A stretch of DNA of 64,000 bases from Bacteroidota bacterium (GCA_029237775.1 JAQZBR010000002.1:713489-777488), one strand, 5' to 3'; positions 1-10,142 are shown, counted from the first letter of the stretch. A program made the numbers and translations. Notes: generated by a model from the sequence alone, not told the origin.

Positions 1-481
1 GTTCAGCTGTAAAAAAATGATTGTCGCCACCAATGGCTTCGCAAAACATCTTTTACCCGACTATCCTGTACAACCTGCCAGGGCTCAGGTTCTGATCACA
101 ACTCCGATAGAAGGTCTGAAATTGAAAGGTACGTTTCATTACGACAGTGGTTTCTATTATTTCAGAAATATCGGTAACCGGGTCCTTTTAGGCGGTGGCA
201 GAAATCTCGATTTTAAAACAGAAGAAACAACAAGCTTCGGACTTACAGCACTGGTCCAGGAAAAACTCGAAGATCTTCTGAAGAACGTGATCCTTCCAAA
301 ACAAAGATTTGAGATCGAAAGAAGATGGAGCGGAATCATGGGTGTTGGGCCCGCAAAAAAAAGCATTGTAAAAGAAGTGAGTAAAAATGTTTTTTGTGCA
401 GTGCGGATGGGCGGAATGGGTGTGGCTATAGGAAGCCTTGTGGGTGAAGAAGTGGCCGAACTTACTGCAAGATCTTTATAG
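1..481 (+). CDS. FAD-dependent oxidoreductase (DAO family), C-terminal fragment; 5' end lies outside the window
   Basis: The ORF is open back to position 2. The C-terminal region ('RWSGIMGVGP...RMGGMGVAIGSLVGEEVAEL') resembles the end of glycine/D-amino-acid oxidase-type flavoenzymes. Confidence 0.5.
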   Translation, partial: FSCKKMIVATNGFAKHLLPDYPVQPARAQVLITTPIEGLKLKGTFHYDSGFYYFRNIGNRVLLGGGRNLDFKTEETTSFGLTALVQEKLEDLLKNVILPKQRFEIERRWSGIMGVGPAKKSIVKEVSKNVFCAVRMGGMGVAIGSLVGEEVAELTARSL

Positions 482-1183
482 ACCTGCAGGCAACAATTCA
501 CAAAACCAAAAACCTTTGGTTTTAGAAGTCTCATCGGAGGTTTTAATTTCCAGTGGCCGATACGTTTTTTCTCCAATTCTGATCTCAATTTTCTTTTTAA
601 ACACGGGACCTTCAAAACAAAAGGTGTGATATTCTCCATTCTCTCCGCATGGATCTACTCCTGGCGGAAGAGAATTAATAAACTTTGAAGTTATTTCTGC
701 ACCGACAGATTCTTCGCCCAGGAATGCATCGTTAACACAACATGTAACTGTTCTGAACCCAAGAGAAAGAAATTCTCTGACTAGTTTCGCGGTATCATTT
801 TTCCACAAAGGAAAGATCGCTTTCATGCCGACCTTTTCCAGATTTTTTTCCCTGTATGCACGGAGATCCTCAAGGAAGATATCACCGAAAATAACATAGT
901 CCACTCCCTGCTCTTTATATTGCAGCAGAAGCTCTTCCATGTTCTTTTCGTATTCGGTATTCGTACCCTCTTCCACATACATTTTTATCAGCGGAATCCC
1001 GATGGATTCAGCCTGCATATCAAGCAGATCTTCACGTACACCATGCATTGAAATACGATTGAACTTTTTGTTGAGCGTTGTCAAAAGCGCCACCACCTTG
1101 ATTTCATTTTCTTTCAATACATGATAAAGTGCAAGTGCAGAATCCTTTCCTCCACTCCAGCAGAATATCGCTTTCGATTTCAT
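476..1183 (-). CDS. Dph6-related ATP pyrophosphatase (MJ0570 / diphthine-ammonia ligase-like PP-loop protein)
   Basis: PP-loop 'AIFCWSGGKDSALAL' sits near the N-terminus. I placed the start at the internal Met (MKSKAIF, 1183); the ORF-track start at 1267 would add 28 residues with no signal and would overlap the next gene. Confidence 0.55.
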   Translation of the reverse strand: MKSKAIFCWSGGKDSALALYHVLKENEIKVVALLTTLNKKFNRISMHGVREDLLDMQAESIGIPLIKMYVEEGTNTEYEKNMEELLLQYKEQGVDYVIFGDIFLEDLRAYREKNLEKVGMKAIFPLWKNDTAKLVREFLSLGFRTVTCCVNDAFLGEESVGAEITSKFINSLPPGVDPCGENGEYHTFCFEGPVFKKKIEIRIGEKTYRPLEIKTSDETSKTKGFWFCELLPAGL

Positions 1184-1233
1184 CCGGCAATAATAAAAAA
1201 TTTCAGGGCTGAAAAACGAATTATCTTTAGCGC

Positions 1234-1773
1234 ATGAATCCATTCGATACACATACTTATATTGCATACAATAAACCGAAAGGTGTGATCTGCACCACAG
1301 AAAAGATAGACGGCAATATCATAGACGCTCTTGCACTCGAAAAGGATTTATTGCCTGTGGGGAGACTCGACAAAGAATCAGAAGGCCTGATACTTTTAAC
1401 GGACAATCATGCGATCATCAACAGGATCATACATCCCGATTTCAAACATGAAAAAGAATATCTGGTGACTTTGAATCTTCCGCTCCGAAATCAATTTTTA
1501 AAACAGATGGCTGAAGGAGTTGATCTTGGTGATGCTGTTACTAAACCTTGCCGTATCAAAGCTGAACCCGGAACAAAAAGGATTTTCAGGATCACTCTTA
1601 CGCAGGGACTGAACAGACAGATAAGAAGAATGTGTGCAGTATTTAATTACCAGGTGGTGCGACTTCAAAGGATCCGGATCATGCATATAAAACTCGGTGC
1701 ATTAAAAGTCGGAGAATGGCGGCACCTTGAGCAGGAGGAGCTAGAGCGGCTCTTTTCAGACTGTATGAAATAG
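1234..1773 (+). CDS. pseudouridine synthase (RsuA/RluB/RluF family, no S4 domain)
   Basis: Catalytic motif 'VGRLDKESEGLILLTDN' and conserved 'NRQIRRM' motif; 179 aa. Confidence 0.7.
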   Translation: MNPFDTHTYIAYNKPKGVICTTEKIDGNIIDALALEKDLLPVGRLDKESEGLILLTDNHAIINRIIHPDFKHEKEYLVTLNLPLRNQFLKQMAEGVDLGDAVTKPCRIKAEPGTKRIFRITLTQGLNRQIRRMCAVFNYQVVRLQRIRIMHIKLGALKVGEWRHLEQEELERLFSDCMK

Positions 1774-1881
1774 CTTTCCTCCTATATTAAATTCATGATT
1801 CTGAATGTGTTATGGGCATATTTTTTACGCGTTTCAATTGCATACGAAATGTGCTAATTATAACCCTTAAAACAAATAATC

Positions 1882-2322
1882 ATGAATACAATCAACAAAA
1901 TTACCAGTTGGGGCGATAGCCACCACTTTGCATGGCTCGATATCTTCAGAGCAGCCCTGGGAGCCTTTCTTGTCTACAAAGGCATTCAATTCGGAAGAGA
2001 TCCGCATGAGATAAGAGCTTTGGCTAATGCAGGAGACTCCAGTCTTTTTTCTTTCTTTTATGTGCAGATCATTCCAATGATCCACATTGCAGGAGGTCTA
2101 ATGATCTTCTTTGGAATCTTGACCAGATGGGCTGCGGCTTTCCAGATACCTATTCTTATAGCTGCTGTTGTTCTTAGCATTGGTAGCCCTCACCCGATGG
2201 AGATCTACCCTCAGGTGATTTTAAGCCTTGTCGTACTGACATTGCTTATAATTTTCCTCATTTGTGGTTCGGGACCATATTCTGCCGATGCGTATTTCAA
2301 GAAAAATGAAGACAGATCTTAA
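1882..2322 (+). CDS. DoxX family membrane protein
   Basis: 146 aa with four hydrophobic segments; the 'FRAALGAFLVYKGIQF' N-terminal region is typical of DoxX. Confidence 0.55.
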   Translation: MNTINKITSWGDSHHFAWLDIFRAALGAFLVYKGIQFGRDPHEIRALANAGDSSLFSFFYVQIIPMIHIAGGLMIFFGILTRWAAAFQIPILIAAVVLSIGSPHPMEIYPQVILSLVVLTLLIIFLICGSGPYSADAYFKKNEDRS

Positions 2323-2375
2323 AATAAAAAACCGGGCTTTAATTAGCCCGGTTTCCTATTCATTGTTTTCAGCTC

Positions 2376-3188
2376 TTATTTTTTCTTTATACTGAATTCG
2401 TAATAATCGTTATTCTTTCCCGGTTGATCAATGATATTGGTGATCCTCAGCACTACATACTTATCGGAAGACGTTCCTCCAAGCTTTGTAATGAGTATGT
2501 CGTTCACCGCAAGTCCCGATACCTGGCTAAGCATTAAACCTCCTGTGTAAGCACTTGTTGCAGTTACGTCCGAAGCATTCGCATAGTCGTAACCATTGGC
2601 TTTCACAAACTGTCCGCCTGCAGGAGAGATCCAGCTTTTTGAAAGTACGGTATCTATACCTGAGTTGTCCTGAATATCGCGCAAAGTGGTATCAACTGTT
2701 GATGCTTGCGGAGTGTTTGTTTCAAGATCGTAAGCATCAGGATTAGCAGACAAATTCGAATACATTCTGTGACCTGTTGTTTCTGTCAGAGTAACTGCTG
2801 TGGGTGCTGCGATAAAAACACGTCTCACCTGCTTACCAACATTTCCATCTTCATCTTCTGCTTTGAATTCGAAAATGATGGATTTTCCGGCCATGTTAGC
2901 AGGCATACGATAGTAATAAACAAACTGAACTCCTTTCGTGGTGATCGCTGTATCTAGCACTGTAACCGGTACCTGGTTATCCGGTTGCTGAGAGATATAA
3001 AATTTTGATAAACGTTTATCTGAATCAACTGTAATGTTAAAATTGATCAGGTCGCCAACGCTTCCATAAATGTATAATGGTGTTGGAACTACGGTAACGT
3101 GAGGGACGCTGTCCTTATCGCGTCTGCACGATGACGCCAATATCACGGTCAGGCAGATAAAAGTGCCCAGTAATGTTTTCATTTTCAT
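2376..3188 (-). CDS. hypothetical lipoprotein
   Basis: Lipobox 'ILASSC' follows the internal start MKMKTLLGTF (ORF-track start is 3272). Ser/Thr-rich; no recognisable catalytic motif. Confidence 0.4.
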   Translation of the reverse strand: MKMKTLLGTFICLTVILASSCRRDKDSVPHVTVVPTPLYIYGSVGDLINFNITVDSDKRLSKFYISQQPDNQVPVTVLDTAITTKGVQFVYYYRMPANMAGKSIIFEFKAEDEDGNVGKQVRRVFIAAPTAVTLTETTGHRMYSNLSANPDAYDLETNTPQASTVDTTLRDIQDNSGIDTVLSKSWISPAGGQFVKANGYDYANASDVTATSAYTGGLMLSQVSGLAVNDILITKLGGTSSDKYVVLRITNIIDQPGKNNDYYEFSIKKK

Positions 3189-3280
3189 TTTATAAGTTCT
3201 GTTAAAATAGGTTCGTAATATTACAAAAAAAGGGCGCTCACTTTTTACAGTGAGCGCCTTTCTTTTCAACAATTTAAGAC

Positions 3281-3691
3281 CTATTTAGTTTTGATCTTGA
3301 AAGCTTTCGCTCTGATTGTCATTGTTACTTTTTTCCCTAAGAAAGAACGGTTAACTGTGCTTTCAGAAGAGATAGGCAATACAAAATCAGCATCTGGTTT
3401 TTGACCCAAAGCGTCATATAATGCATTGTTGTAACCGCGGTCAGCAGATACCGGCAAAGCCAATCCACCTGTAGATGCAGTGTAATATCTGCGTCCACCG
3501 TAAGGAAGGCCTACCACATAGTATTGAGTAGAAGTACCTGTCACTTCACCGATGTATTCAAGATCAGCCGAAGAAAAGTTAACGCGGGCTTCCATAGGCA
3601 CACCCATTGTTGTTCTGTTGTGCATCGTACAAGAAGACGCAAACAGCAGAACCAGAACAAGAGCGCTGAATGATAAAAATATTTTTTTCAT
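3281..3691 (-). CDS. hypothetical small lipoprotein (TRL-like?)
   Basis: Signal peptide plus lipobox 'FASSC'. 136 aa, co-oriented with and adjacent to the upstream lipoprotein. Confidence 0.4.
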   Translation of the reverse strand: MKKIFLSFSALVLVLLFASSCTMHNRTTMGVPMEARVNFSSADLEYIGEVTGTSTQYYVVGLPYGGRRYYTASTGGLALPVSADRGYNNALYDALGQKPDADFVLPISSESTVNRSFLGKKVTMTIRAKAFKIKTK

Positions 3692-3732
3692 ATGATATAT
3701 GTTTTAAGAATTGAACTTTACCTTACCCCTAA

Positions 3733-4572
3733 TTATTTACCAAAATAAATGTGAAGAACAAGTCTTACATCCTGATTGGTCTCAGCATTGAATTCTCTTC
3801 TTTTCAGTTTGCTGTAACGAGCGCTAGATTCGCTTGTAGTACTGTTATCTTGCTTGTACTCTTCAGTGTAAGCAGTTGTTCCAACAGCTACGTCAGTACT
3901 AACTTTATCAATTCCACCGAAAGTCCATTTAGCATTCCATCCGTACTCTAAACCTAAAGAAACAGGAAGGTGAGCGATGAATACATTGAAACCTGTGATG
4001 AAACCAATTCCAACATCAGTAGTACCAGTTTTTGTAGTCATGTAGTTATGGTCACCATTGATATAGTCATAGTTTGAAGTTGTCATATCACGTCCAAAAC
4101 CTAAATAAAGGTCAGCACCTGCGTAAGCATCAAAGATGTTTCCAGCAGCGAAATGCTTTTCAACTCCCGGTACGATCTCGTACATTCTGCTTTTTTCTTT
4201 TCTTCTAACATCTTTAACTCCTGAATATGGAGCAGCGATACCATTAGGGTTGTACTGAGCAGAAGAATCAAGACCAGAACCTTTGATAGTTGAGTTCTCA
4301 TTCATCAAACGGAAACCTAAACGGATCACAACATCATCAGACATGTAATACTTGTAAGTTAAAAGGCTTCCTGATTTTAATGCATTACCATCAAATAATT
4401 TAGCCTTACCTGAATCATTTGATAATGGAAGAGCGAATACAAAAGCCATATCTCCAGCTTTTGGTCTTGCACCAATTTTTTCAACTCGATCATCGTTTTC
4501 TCTTGTAGAAAGTTGTGCAAAAGAACTTGATACACCAAGTGCCATTGCAATTAGCAATACTGATTTTTTCAT
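3733..4572 (-). CDS. outer-membrane beta-barrel protein (porin/OmpW-like)
   Basis: Signal peptide 'MKKSVLLIAMALGVSSSFAQ' followed by alternating amphipathic beta-strand pattern rich in G/Y/T. Confidence 0.5.
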   Translation of the reverse strand: MKKSVLLIAMALGVSSSFAQLSTRENDDRVEKIGARPKAGDMAFVFALPLSNDSGKAKLFDGNALKSGSLLTYKYYMSDDVVIRLGFRLMNENSTIKGSGLDSSAQYNPNGIAAPYSGVKDVRRKEKSRMYEIVPGVEKHFAAGNIFDAYAGADLYLGFGRDMTTSNYDYINGDHNYMTTKTGTTDVGIGFITGFNVFIAHLPVSLGLEYGWNAKWTFGGIDKVSTDVAVGTTAYTEEYKQDNSTTSESSARYSKLKRREFNAETNQDVRLVLHIYFGK

Positions 4573-4829
4573 AATGTTTTTTAGTTTAGTTTAAAGTTAA
4601 TTGTTCTGTGTACAAATTAATTTTTGGCAAAGATATATTAATTTAAGATTTCAAAATTCGTTAAATACGGAGTTTTCAACAGTTTTATTCACATGGCTGT
4701 TCACAACCGTTTTTATGGTTCATTATGAAGGGCCCGCAAACCCACCAGACTCTGATCATCAGGCATTTCCGACAATTTTCATTTTATTTAAATGAAGAAA
4801 TCAGTCAAAACCAAAAGTGAATTTTCTTA

Positions 4830-5783
4830 CTAAAAGTGAAATGTGATCTTTAAAGATGCTGTTCCTGCATTACTGAAACCGAAAATTTTTCCCTGGTTCA
4901 TGTCTGTATCCAAACCAAACCTTGAAGAGCCTGCAACAGCGTTATCTATATTCGCAACCTGCAATGGAGTGCCACCCTGTGTTTCAATTTCACTTCTCCC
5001 CTTTCCTGTCATTTCATAACCGAGGCCCAAGCCATATTCTGCTCCAATTGCTATTTTTGGCAGAACAAAATATTCTACACCAACAAACCCTCTCACTCCA
5101 ATTCCGAAGGTCATTCCTGATTTATAAAACACAGGCCTCGTTGTGCTTGAAGCGACACCGACTACTGTTCCAAAAGCAGAACTATCCTGATCAGTGATCC
5201 ACACAGTTGAAGTAGGTGTTGTTGTGGTGGAGCTCCCTGAGGCGGATGTATCGTTTAATGCAGACATCTTATTGCCATAACTGAATTTATCTTTTGAATT
5301 ACCGATCCACAGCAAGATATCAGCACCATAGTATCCCTGAAGGCGTGTTTTTCCTTTTCGCCACTCTTTCCCTGCTCCTATACACAAATTCATATTATTA
5401 TGTTTGTACTTATCTTCTACCTGGCCCTGCTTATCTGGAAAGTTGAAAACAGTACCTGCCTCAGCATCGTTGATCACCATGTTCTTGAACGTTTGATTTA
5501 CATATCCGATTCTTAACATTAAACGGTACGCTGATCTTTCATTAATGAAGCGCTTACCTACTATTGTGTGTGATGCGCTCAGCCAGCCGGTGTTCGCTGC
5601 TTTGTTTTTTGTGTTGCCATTAAAAGCGTTTCCAATAAATTCAAACATTGGATCTGCATTCATGCTGATAGCCCAGTCTTCAGCTTCAGGCAAAATCGGT
5701 TCGCCTTTTTTAGAAGTAAGATCCTGAGCAAGGAGAGATGAACTTCCGAAGAGTAATGTAAAAATAAGTTTGGATGTTTTCAT
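4830..5783 (-). CDS. outer-membrane beta-barrel protein
   Basis: Signal peptide, amphipathic beta-strands and a C-terminal 'KITFHF' aromatic terminus typical of OMPs. In tandem with 3733..4572. Confidence 0.5.
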   Translation of the reverse strand: MKTSKLIFTLLFGSSSLLAQDLTSKKGEPILPEAEDWAISMNADPMFEFIGNAFNGNTKNKAANTGWLSASHTIVGKRFINERSAYRLMLRIGYVNQTFKNMVINDAEAGTVFNFPDKQGQVEDKYKHNNMNLCIGAGKEWRKGKTRLQGYYGADILLWIGNSKDKFSYGNKMSALNDTSASGSSTTTTPTSTVWITDQDSSAFGTVVGVASSTTRPVFYKSGMTFGIGVRGFVGVEYFVLPKIAIGAEYGLGLGYEMTGKGRSEIETQGGTPLQVANIDNAVAGSSRFGLDTDMNQGKIFGFSNAGTASLKITFHF

Positions 5784-5878
5784 GGATGATATCGTTTGTC
5801 GCAGAACAAAGAAAATCCATTAAGCATTACTTATTAATAAGGAATAAATTCAATTACCAACTCAAGGATGTTGATAAA

Positions 5879-6532
5879 CTATGCTCCCCACTCTTTATCT
5901 TCAAGCAAGGGTACAAACTTGAATTCGCCAAACTCAACTTTTTCAAATTTTTTCTCGGCAGTTTTTGTGAGGAGCGTCATGGTCTGAACTTTATCTCCTA
6001 AAGGAATCACCATTATTCCTCCCACTTTTAGCTGATTCAGAAGATCGTTTGGAATGGTTGGAGCACCTGCAGTGACAATGATCTTGTCGAATGGCGCGAA
6101 TATCGGCAATCCTTTATAGCCATCCCCATAAAAGAATTTGGCGGCAGAATAGCCGATGGTAGGAAGAAATGTTTTTGTTATATCATACAATGCCTTCTGA
6201 CGTTCAATGGTAAATACTTTAACTCCCATCTCCAGAAGCACGCTTGTCTGATATCCGGATCCGGTGCCTATTTCCAATACTTTCTCCCCCTTTTTCAACT
6301 GTAAAAGCTCTGTTTGAAAAGCAACTGTGTGCGGACGGGAAATAGTTTGTCCTGCACCGATCGGAAATGCAATATCTTCATAAGCCCTTTCAATAAAGGA
6401 ACTATTTAGGAACAAATGCCGAGGAACAGTTTCAATCGCTTTTAAAACTTCGGGATTGGAAATTCCTTTTTCTTTTAATAATGCTGAAAGCTGCCTGCGT
6501 AAACCTTTATGCCTGTATGTATCTTTTTCCAT
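5879..6532 (-). CDS. pcm: protein-L-isoaspartate O-methyltransferase
   Basis: SAM-binding motif 'VLEIGTGSGYQTSVL', size ~217 aa after choosing the internal start (MEKDTYRHKGLRRQL); the ORF-track start at 6625 is too long for pcm. Confidence 0.8.
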   Translation of the reverse strand: MEKDTYRHKGLRRQLSALLKEKGISNPEVLKAIETVPRHLFLNSSFIERAYEDIAFPIGAGQTISRPHTVAFQTELLQLKKGEKVLEIGTGSGYQTSVLLEMGVKVFTIERQKALYDITKTFLPTIGYSAAKFFYGDGYKGLPIFAPFDKIIVTAGAPTIPNDLLNQLKVGGIMVIPLGDKVQTMTLLTKTAEKKFEKVEFGEFKFVPLLEDKEWGA

Positions 6533-6634
6533 CTGTGCCAGCAAAATTAACACATCTATATTGAATAATTCATTGTTATTTTTCAATAGCCTATTGTGGA
6601 AAAAAGTATTTTTGTCGCAAATCAAAAAGTGTTT

Positions 6635-7627
6635 ATGATAAAGATCGGAGTTTTAGGTGCCGGCCATCTGGGCAAAATACATATCAGATTACTGAAGGAG
6701 ATCGATAGATATCAGCTGATTGGTTTTTATGATCCTGACAAGGAAAATGCGGCAGCAGTTGAAAAAGAATTTGGAATAAAATACTTTGAAAGCATTGATG
6801 AACTGATTTCTGAAGTTGATGCTGTAGATATCGTTACACCTACAATAACCCACTATGATTGTGCTTCAAAAGCAATCAAAAAATCAAAGCACGTTTTTAT
6901 TGAGAAGCCGGTTACCAACACAATTGAAGAAGCTAAAAGCCTTATAGGGCTGTCGAAAGAGGCGAATGTAAAAGTGCAGGTCGGACACGTTGAAAGATTT
7001 AATCCTGCCTTCATTGCAGGAAAATCTTATTGTTCCAATCCTATGTTTATTGAAACGCACCGTTTGGCGCAATTCAATCCGCGTGGTACTGATGTTTCAG
7101 TTGTGCTCGATCTTATGATTCACGACATAGACATTATCCTGAGTGTTGTAAAGTCAAATATTAAAAGAATCAGCGCGAGTGGAGTTGCTGTTGTAAGCGA
7201 AAGCCCCGATATCTGCAATGCTCGTGTTGAATTCGATAACGGATGTGTGGCTAACCTTACTGCCAGCCGTATCTCAATGAAAAACATGAGAAAATCCCGT
7301 TTTTTTCAAAAGGATGCCTATATTTCAATAGATTTTCTGGACAAAAAAGTAGATGTGATCAGACTTAAAAATATTGAAGGGGAGGCTGATCCACTGGCAG
7401 TTACGATCGATCTTGGAAACAAAGGCTCCAAGCAGATCTACTTCGAAAATCCGGATATTTCTCCAACCAACGCAATAAAAATGGAACTTGAGACGTTTGC
7501 TGATTCTATAATCAGCAATACAACACCAAGGGTGAGTATTGATGATGGATATAAAGCACTGGATGTGGCCTACAAGATCATTGACAAAATGAAGGTTACA
7601 GTAAGCTTTGAAGAGCAGGGAGCGTAA
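6635..7627 (+). CDS. Gfo/Idh/MocA family NAD(P)-dependent oxidoreductase (possibly a sugar-nucleotide dehydrogenase, WbpB-like)
   Basis: Rossmann N-terminus 'MIKIGVLGAGHLGKIHI' and 'EKP' motif. In an apparent operon with a lipoprotein and a WcaJ-type sugar transferase. Confidence 0.7.
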   Translation: MIKIGVLGAGHLGKIHIRLLKEIDRYQLIGFYDPDKENAAAVEKEFGIKYFESIDELISEVDAVDIVTPTITHYDCASKAIKKSKHVFIEKPVTNTIEEAKSLIGLSKEANVKVQVGHVERFNPAFIAGKSYCSNPMFIETHRLAQFNPRGTDVSVVLDLMIHDIDIILSVVKSNIKRISASGVAVVSESPDICNARVEFDNGCVANLTASRISMKNMRKSRFFQKDAYISIDFLDKKVDVIRLKNIEGEADPLAVTIDLGNKGSKQIYFENPDISPTNAIKMELETFADSIISNTTPRVSIDDGYKALDVAYKIIDKMKVTVSFEEQGA

Positions 7628-7635
7628 ACATTTTT

Positions 7636-8529
7636 ATGATGAAACATACTTACTTCTTTTTTCCTGCGATTATTTTATGCCTTGTACTTAATTCGTGCAA
7701 TCTGATAAATCCCGGTGAGCCTACACCTGCATTTATCCATATTGATGCGATCTCCCTTCAAACCGACCCTACTATTCAAGGTTCGAATTCTTCTAATATT
7801 ACTGATGCCTGGGTGTATATCGACAATGAGCTTGTGGGCTGTTATGAGCTTCCTGCTACGTTTCCGGTGCTTTATGACGGATCTCATGACCTCACTATAA
7901 AAGCAGGGATCAAGGTTAATGGTATTTCTGCCACAAGAGCGCCTTATCCGTTCTTTGAAGAATATAAAGAGATCATTAGTTTATCAAAAGGCTCCACAAT
8001 AACCGTAAAGCCGGTTGTTAAATACACTTCAAGTATCGACTGGGCGAGTATTGAAATATGGAAGGAAGATTTTGAGGACAACGATCTCAGCATCGATTCC
8101 CTTGCAACATCCACAACTAAGATGATCAGCTATCAGGCTACCGGACCTGACGATCCTTTAGTGTTTGAAGGAAACAGATCCGGGGTTGCTTACATCGATG
8201 TTGCTCATCCGCTGTTTGAAGGTGTGAGCTCAGAACCGTTCATTCTGCCTCATGGCGATTCGCCCGTTTTCCTCGAAATTAATTACAAAAGCAATCACGA
8301 TTTTGTGGTTGGAATTTTCGCTCACGTTTCAGGTGGCTCGAGCTCAAAAGTACGCGTTATTAATGTTAGAGCATCTGACTCATGGAATAAGATCTATGTC
8401 TACATGTCGCCAACGGTAAACTTATACGGTAATGCAAATGCATACAGTGTTTTCTTTGGTTTACACAATGATTCCGGAGTGAATGGATTGTATCTCGCTC
8501 TCGACAATATTAAGCTGGTCCATAATTAA
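7636..8529 (+). CDS. hypothetical lipoprotein
   Basis: Lipobox 'LVLNSC'. Separated by 9 nt from the upstream gene and 2 nt from the downstream gene. Confidence 0.4.
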   Translation: MMKHTYFFFPAIILCLVLNSCNLINPGEPTPAFIHIDAISLQTDPTIQGSNSSNITDAWVYIDNELVGCYELPATFPVLYDGSHDLTIKAGIKVNGISATRAPYPFFEEYKEIISLSKGSTITVKPVVKYTSSIDWASIEIWKEDFEDNDLSIDSLATSTTKMISYQATGPDDPLVFEGNRSGVAYIDVAHPLFEGVSSEPFILPHGDSPVFLEINYKSNHDFVVGIFAHVSGGSSSKVRVINVRASDSWNKIYVYMSPTVNLYGNANAYSVFFGLHNDSGVNGLYLALDNIKLVHN

Positions 8530-8531
8530 GC

Positions 8532-9962
8532 TTGAAGCTTATGAATAAAAAGTTACAGGTACTTAAGTATATCACTGCAGATATTTTTTCTGCGGTCACG
8601 GCCTGGACTTTCTTTTATTGCTTCCGCAAGCTTTACATCGAATCTGAAAAATACGGAACAAATGTGCCTGTTATTTTTGACGAACATTTTTCAAGGAGCT
8701 TATTGATCATTTCCTTTTTCTGGCTTCTACTTTATGTATTAACGGGAACGTACAGAAATATTTATCGTAAATCCCGCTTGCGCGAAGTTGGGCAAACGCT
8801 TCTTATCACTGTTATTGGTGTCATCATATTATTCTTCCTTCTTTTACTGGATGATGAAATTCAGTCGTACCGCAACTATTATCAGAGTGTGATCACGTTG
8901 TTTCTTCTCCATTTTTTTATTACAGCTACCTTACGTTTTATTTTGTCAAGTATCACCAATCACAGGATCCATAACCGGATCATGGGTTTCAATACCATAC
9001 TTGTCGGTAGTAACAAGAATGCTTTGAACCTCTACAACGAGATGCAGGGGCAGATCAAATCCTCCGGAAACAAGTTTGTAGGCTTTGTTCATGTCGATAA
9101 TAAAAATGGTTATTCGCAGGAGCTTATCAAGAACATCCCTCACCTTGGCGAATTAAATGAATTAAAAAAACTAATCGACCAGCATAATGTAGAGGAAGTG
9201 ATCATTGCCATCGAATCTTCGGAACATGATAATATCGGTAAGATCGTTAATGAGCTTGATAATGGTGATCTTATCATTAAGGTAATTCCGGACATGTACG
9301 ATATCTTATCGGGCTCGGTAAAAATGACGTCCATCTTCGGAGCCGCACTGATCGAAATCTCGAGGGAGATCATGCCGGCATGGCAGCAATCGTTCAAACG
9401 GATCTTCGATATATGCGTTTCAATTTTTGTTCTGACAGTATTCGGCTGGGTGTATCTGATCGTAGCGATAGCCGTTAAGTTAAATTCGAAAGGACCGGTA
9501 TTTTACAGCCATGAACGTATCGGCTGGCATGGCAAGCCATTCATGATTCACAAGTTCCGCTCGATGTATGTAGATGCAGAAAAGATGGGCCCGGCTTTAT
9601 CGAGTAAGCACGATCCAAGAATCACTCCTCTCGGAAGGTTCCTCCGCAAGGTCAGGCTTGATGAGATCCCGCAATTTTATAATGTTTTAATTGGCGAGAT
9701 GTCATTGGTGGGCCCTCGTCCTGAACGTCAATTCTTCATCGACCAGATCGTGCAGAAAGCTCCGCATTACAAGCATTTGCACAAGGTTCGCCCGGGAATC
9801 ACTTCCTGGGGACAAGTAAAATACGGCTATGCTGAAAACGTTGATCAGATGATCGAGCGTTTAAAATACGACATCATTTATATTGAAAATATGTCGCTGG
9901 GGATCGATCTGAAGATCCTGATCTATACTGCGCTGATCGTTGTGCAGGGGCGTGGAAAATAA
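8532..9962 (+). CDS. undecaprenyl-phosphate sugar phosphotransferase (WcaJ/WbaP-like polyprenyl glycosylphosphotransferase)
   Basis: N-terminal TM segments, a central linker, and a C-terminal Bac_transf domain with the 'MSLVGPRPE' motif. 476 aa. Confidence 0.8.
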   Translation: MKLMNKKLQVLKYITADIFSAVTAWTFFYCFRKLYIESEKYGTNVPVIFDEHFSRSLLIISFFWLLLYVLTGTYRNIYRKSRLREVGQTLLITVIGVIILFFLLLLDDEIQSYRNYYQSVITLFLLHFFITATLRFILSSITNHRIHNRIMGFNTILVGSNKNALNLYNEMQGQIKSSGNKFVGFVHVDNKNGYSQELIKNIPHLGELNELKKLIDQHNVEEVIIAIESSEHDNIGKIVNELDNGDLIIKVIPDMYDILSGSVKMTSIFGAALIEISREIMPAWQQSFKRIFDICVSIFVLTVFGWVYLIVAIAVKLNSKGPVFYSHERIGWHGKPFMIHKFRSMYVDAEKMGPALSSKHDPRITPLGRFLRKVRLDEIPQFYNVLIGEMSLVGPRPERQFFIDQIVQKAPHYKHLHKVRPGITSWGQVKYGYAENVDQMIERLKYDIIYIENMSLGIDLKILIYTALIVVQGRGK

Positions 9963-10002
9963 GTACAGATACGAATCTTTGCGAATTTACGAATCTGTAT
10001 TT
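9963..10002 (+). repeat. intergenic hairpin repeat, copy A (GTACAGATACGAATC-N-AATTTACGAATCTGTAT)
   Basis: Begins immediately after the stop of the sugar transferase gene. Stem TACAGAT/ATCTGTA encloses ACGAAT direct repeats. A partial inverted copy, 'CAGATTCGTAAAATTCG', lies at 10056..10084. Confidence 0.7.
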
Positions 10003-10142
10003 CCTACAAAATAAGGTGGTATCTCCGTCCAAAATTAATCTTTCGAATATTCACCCAGATTCGTAAAATTCGTTTTCATTCGTTATCCGTAATTTCTTAT
10101 ATTTAAACTCTCTAAATTCAACAAATCTAACACTCAAAAACA

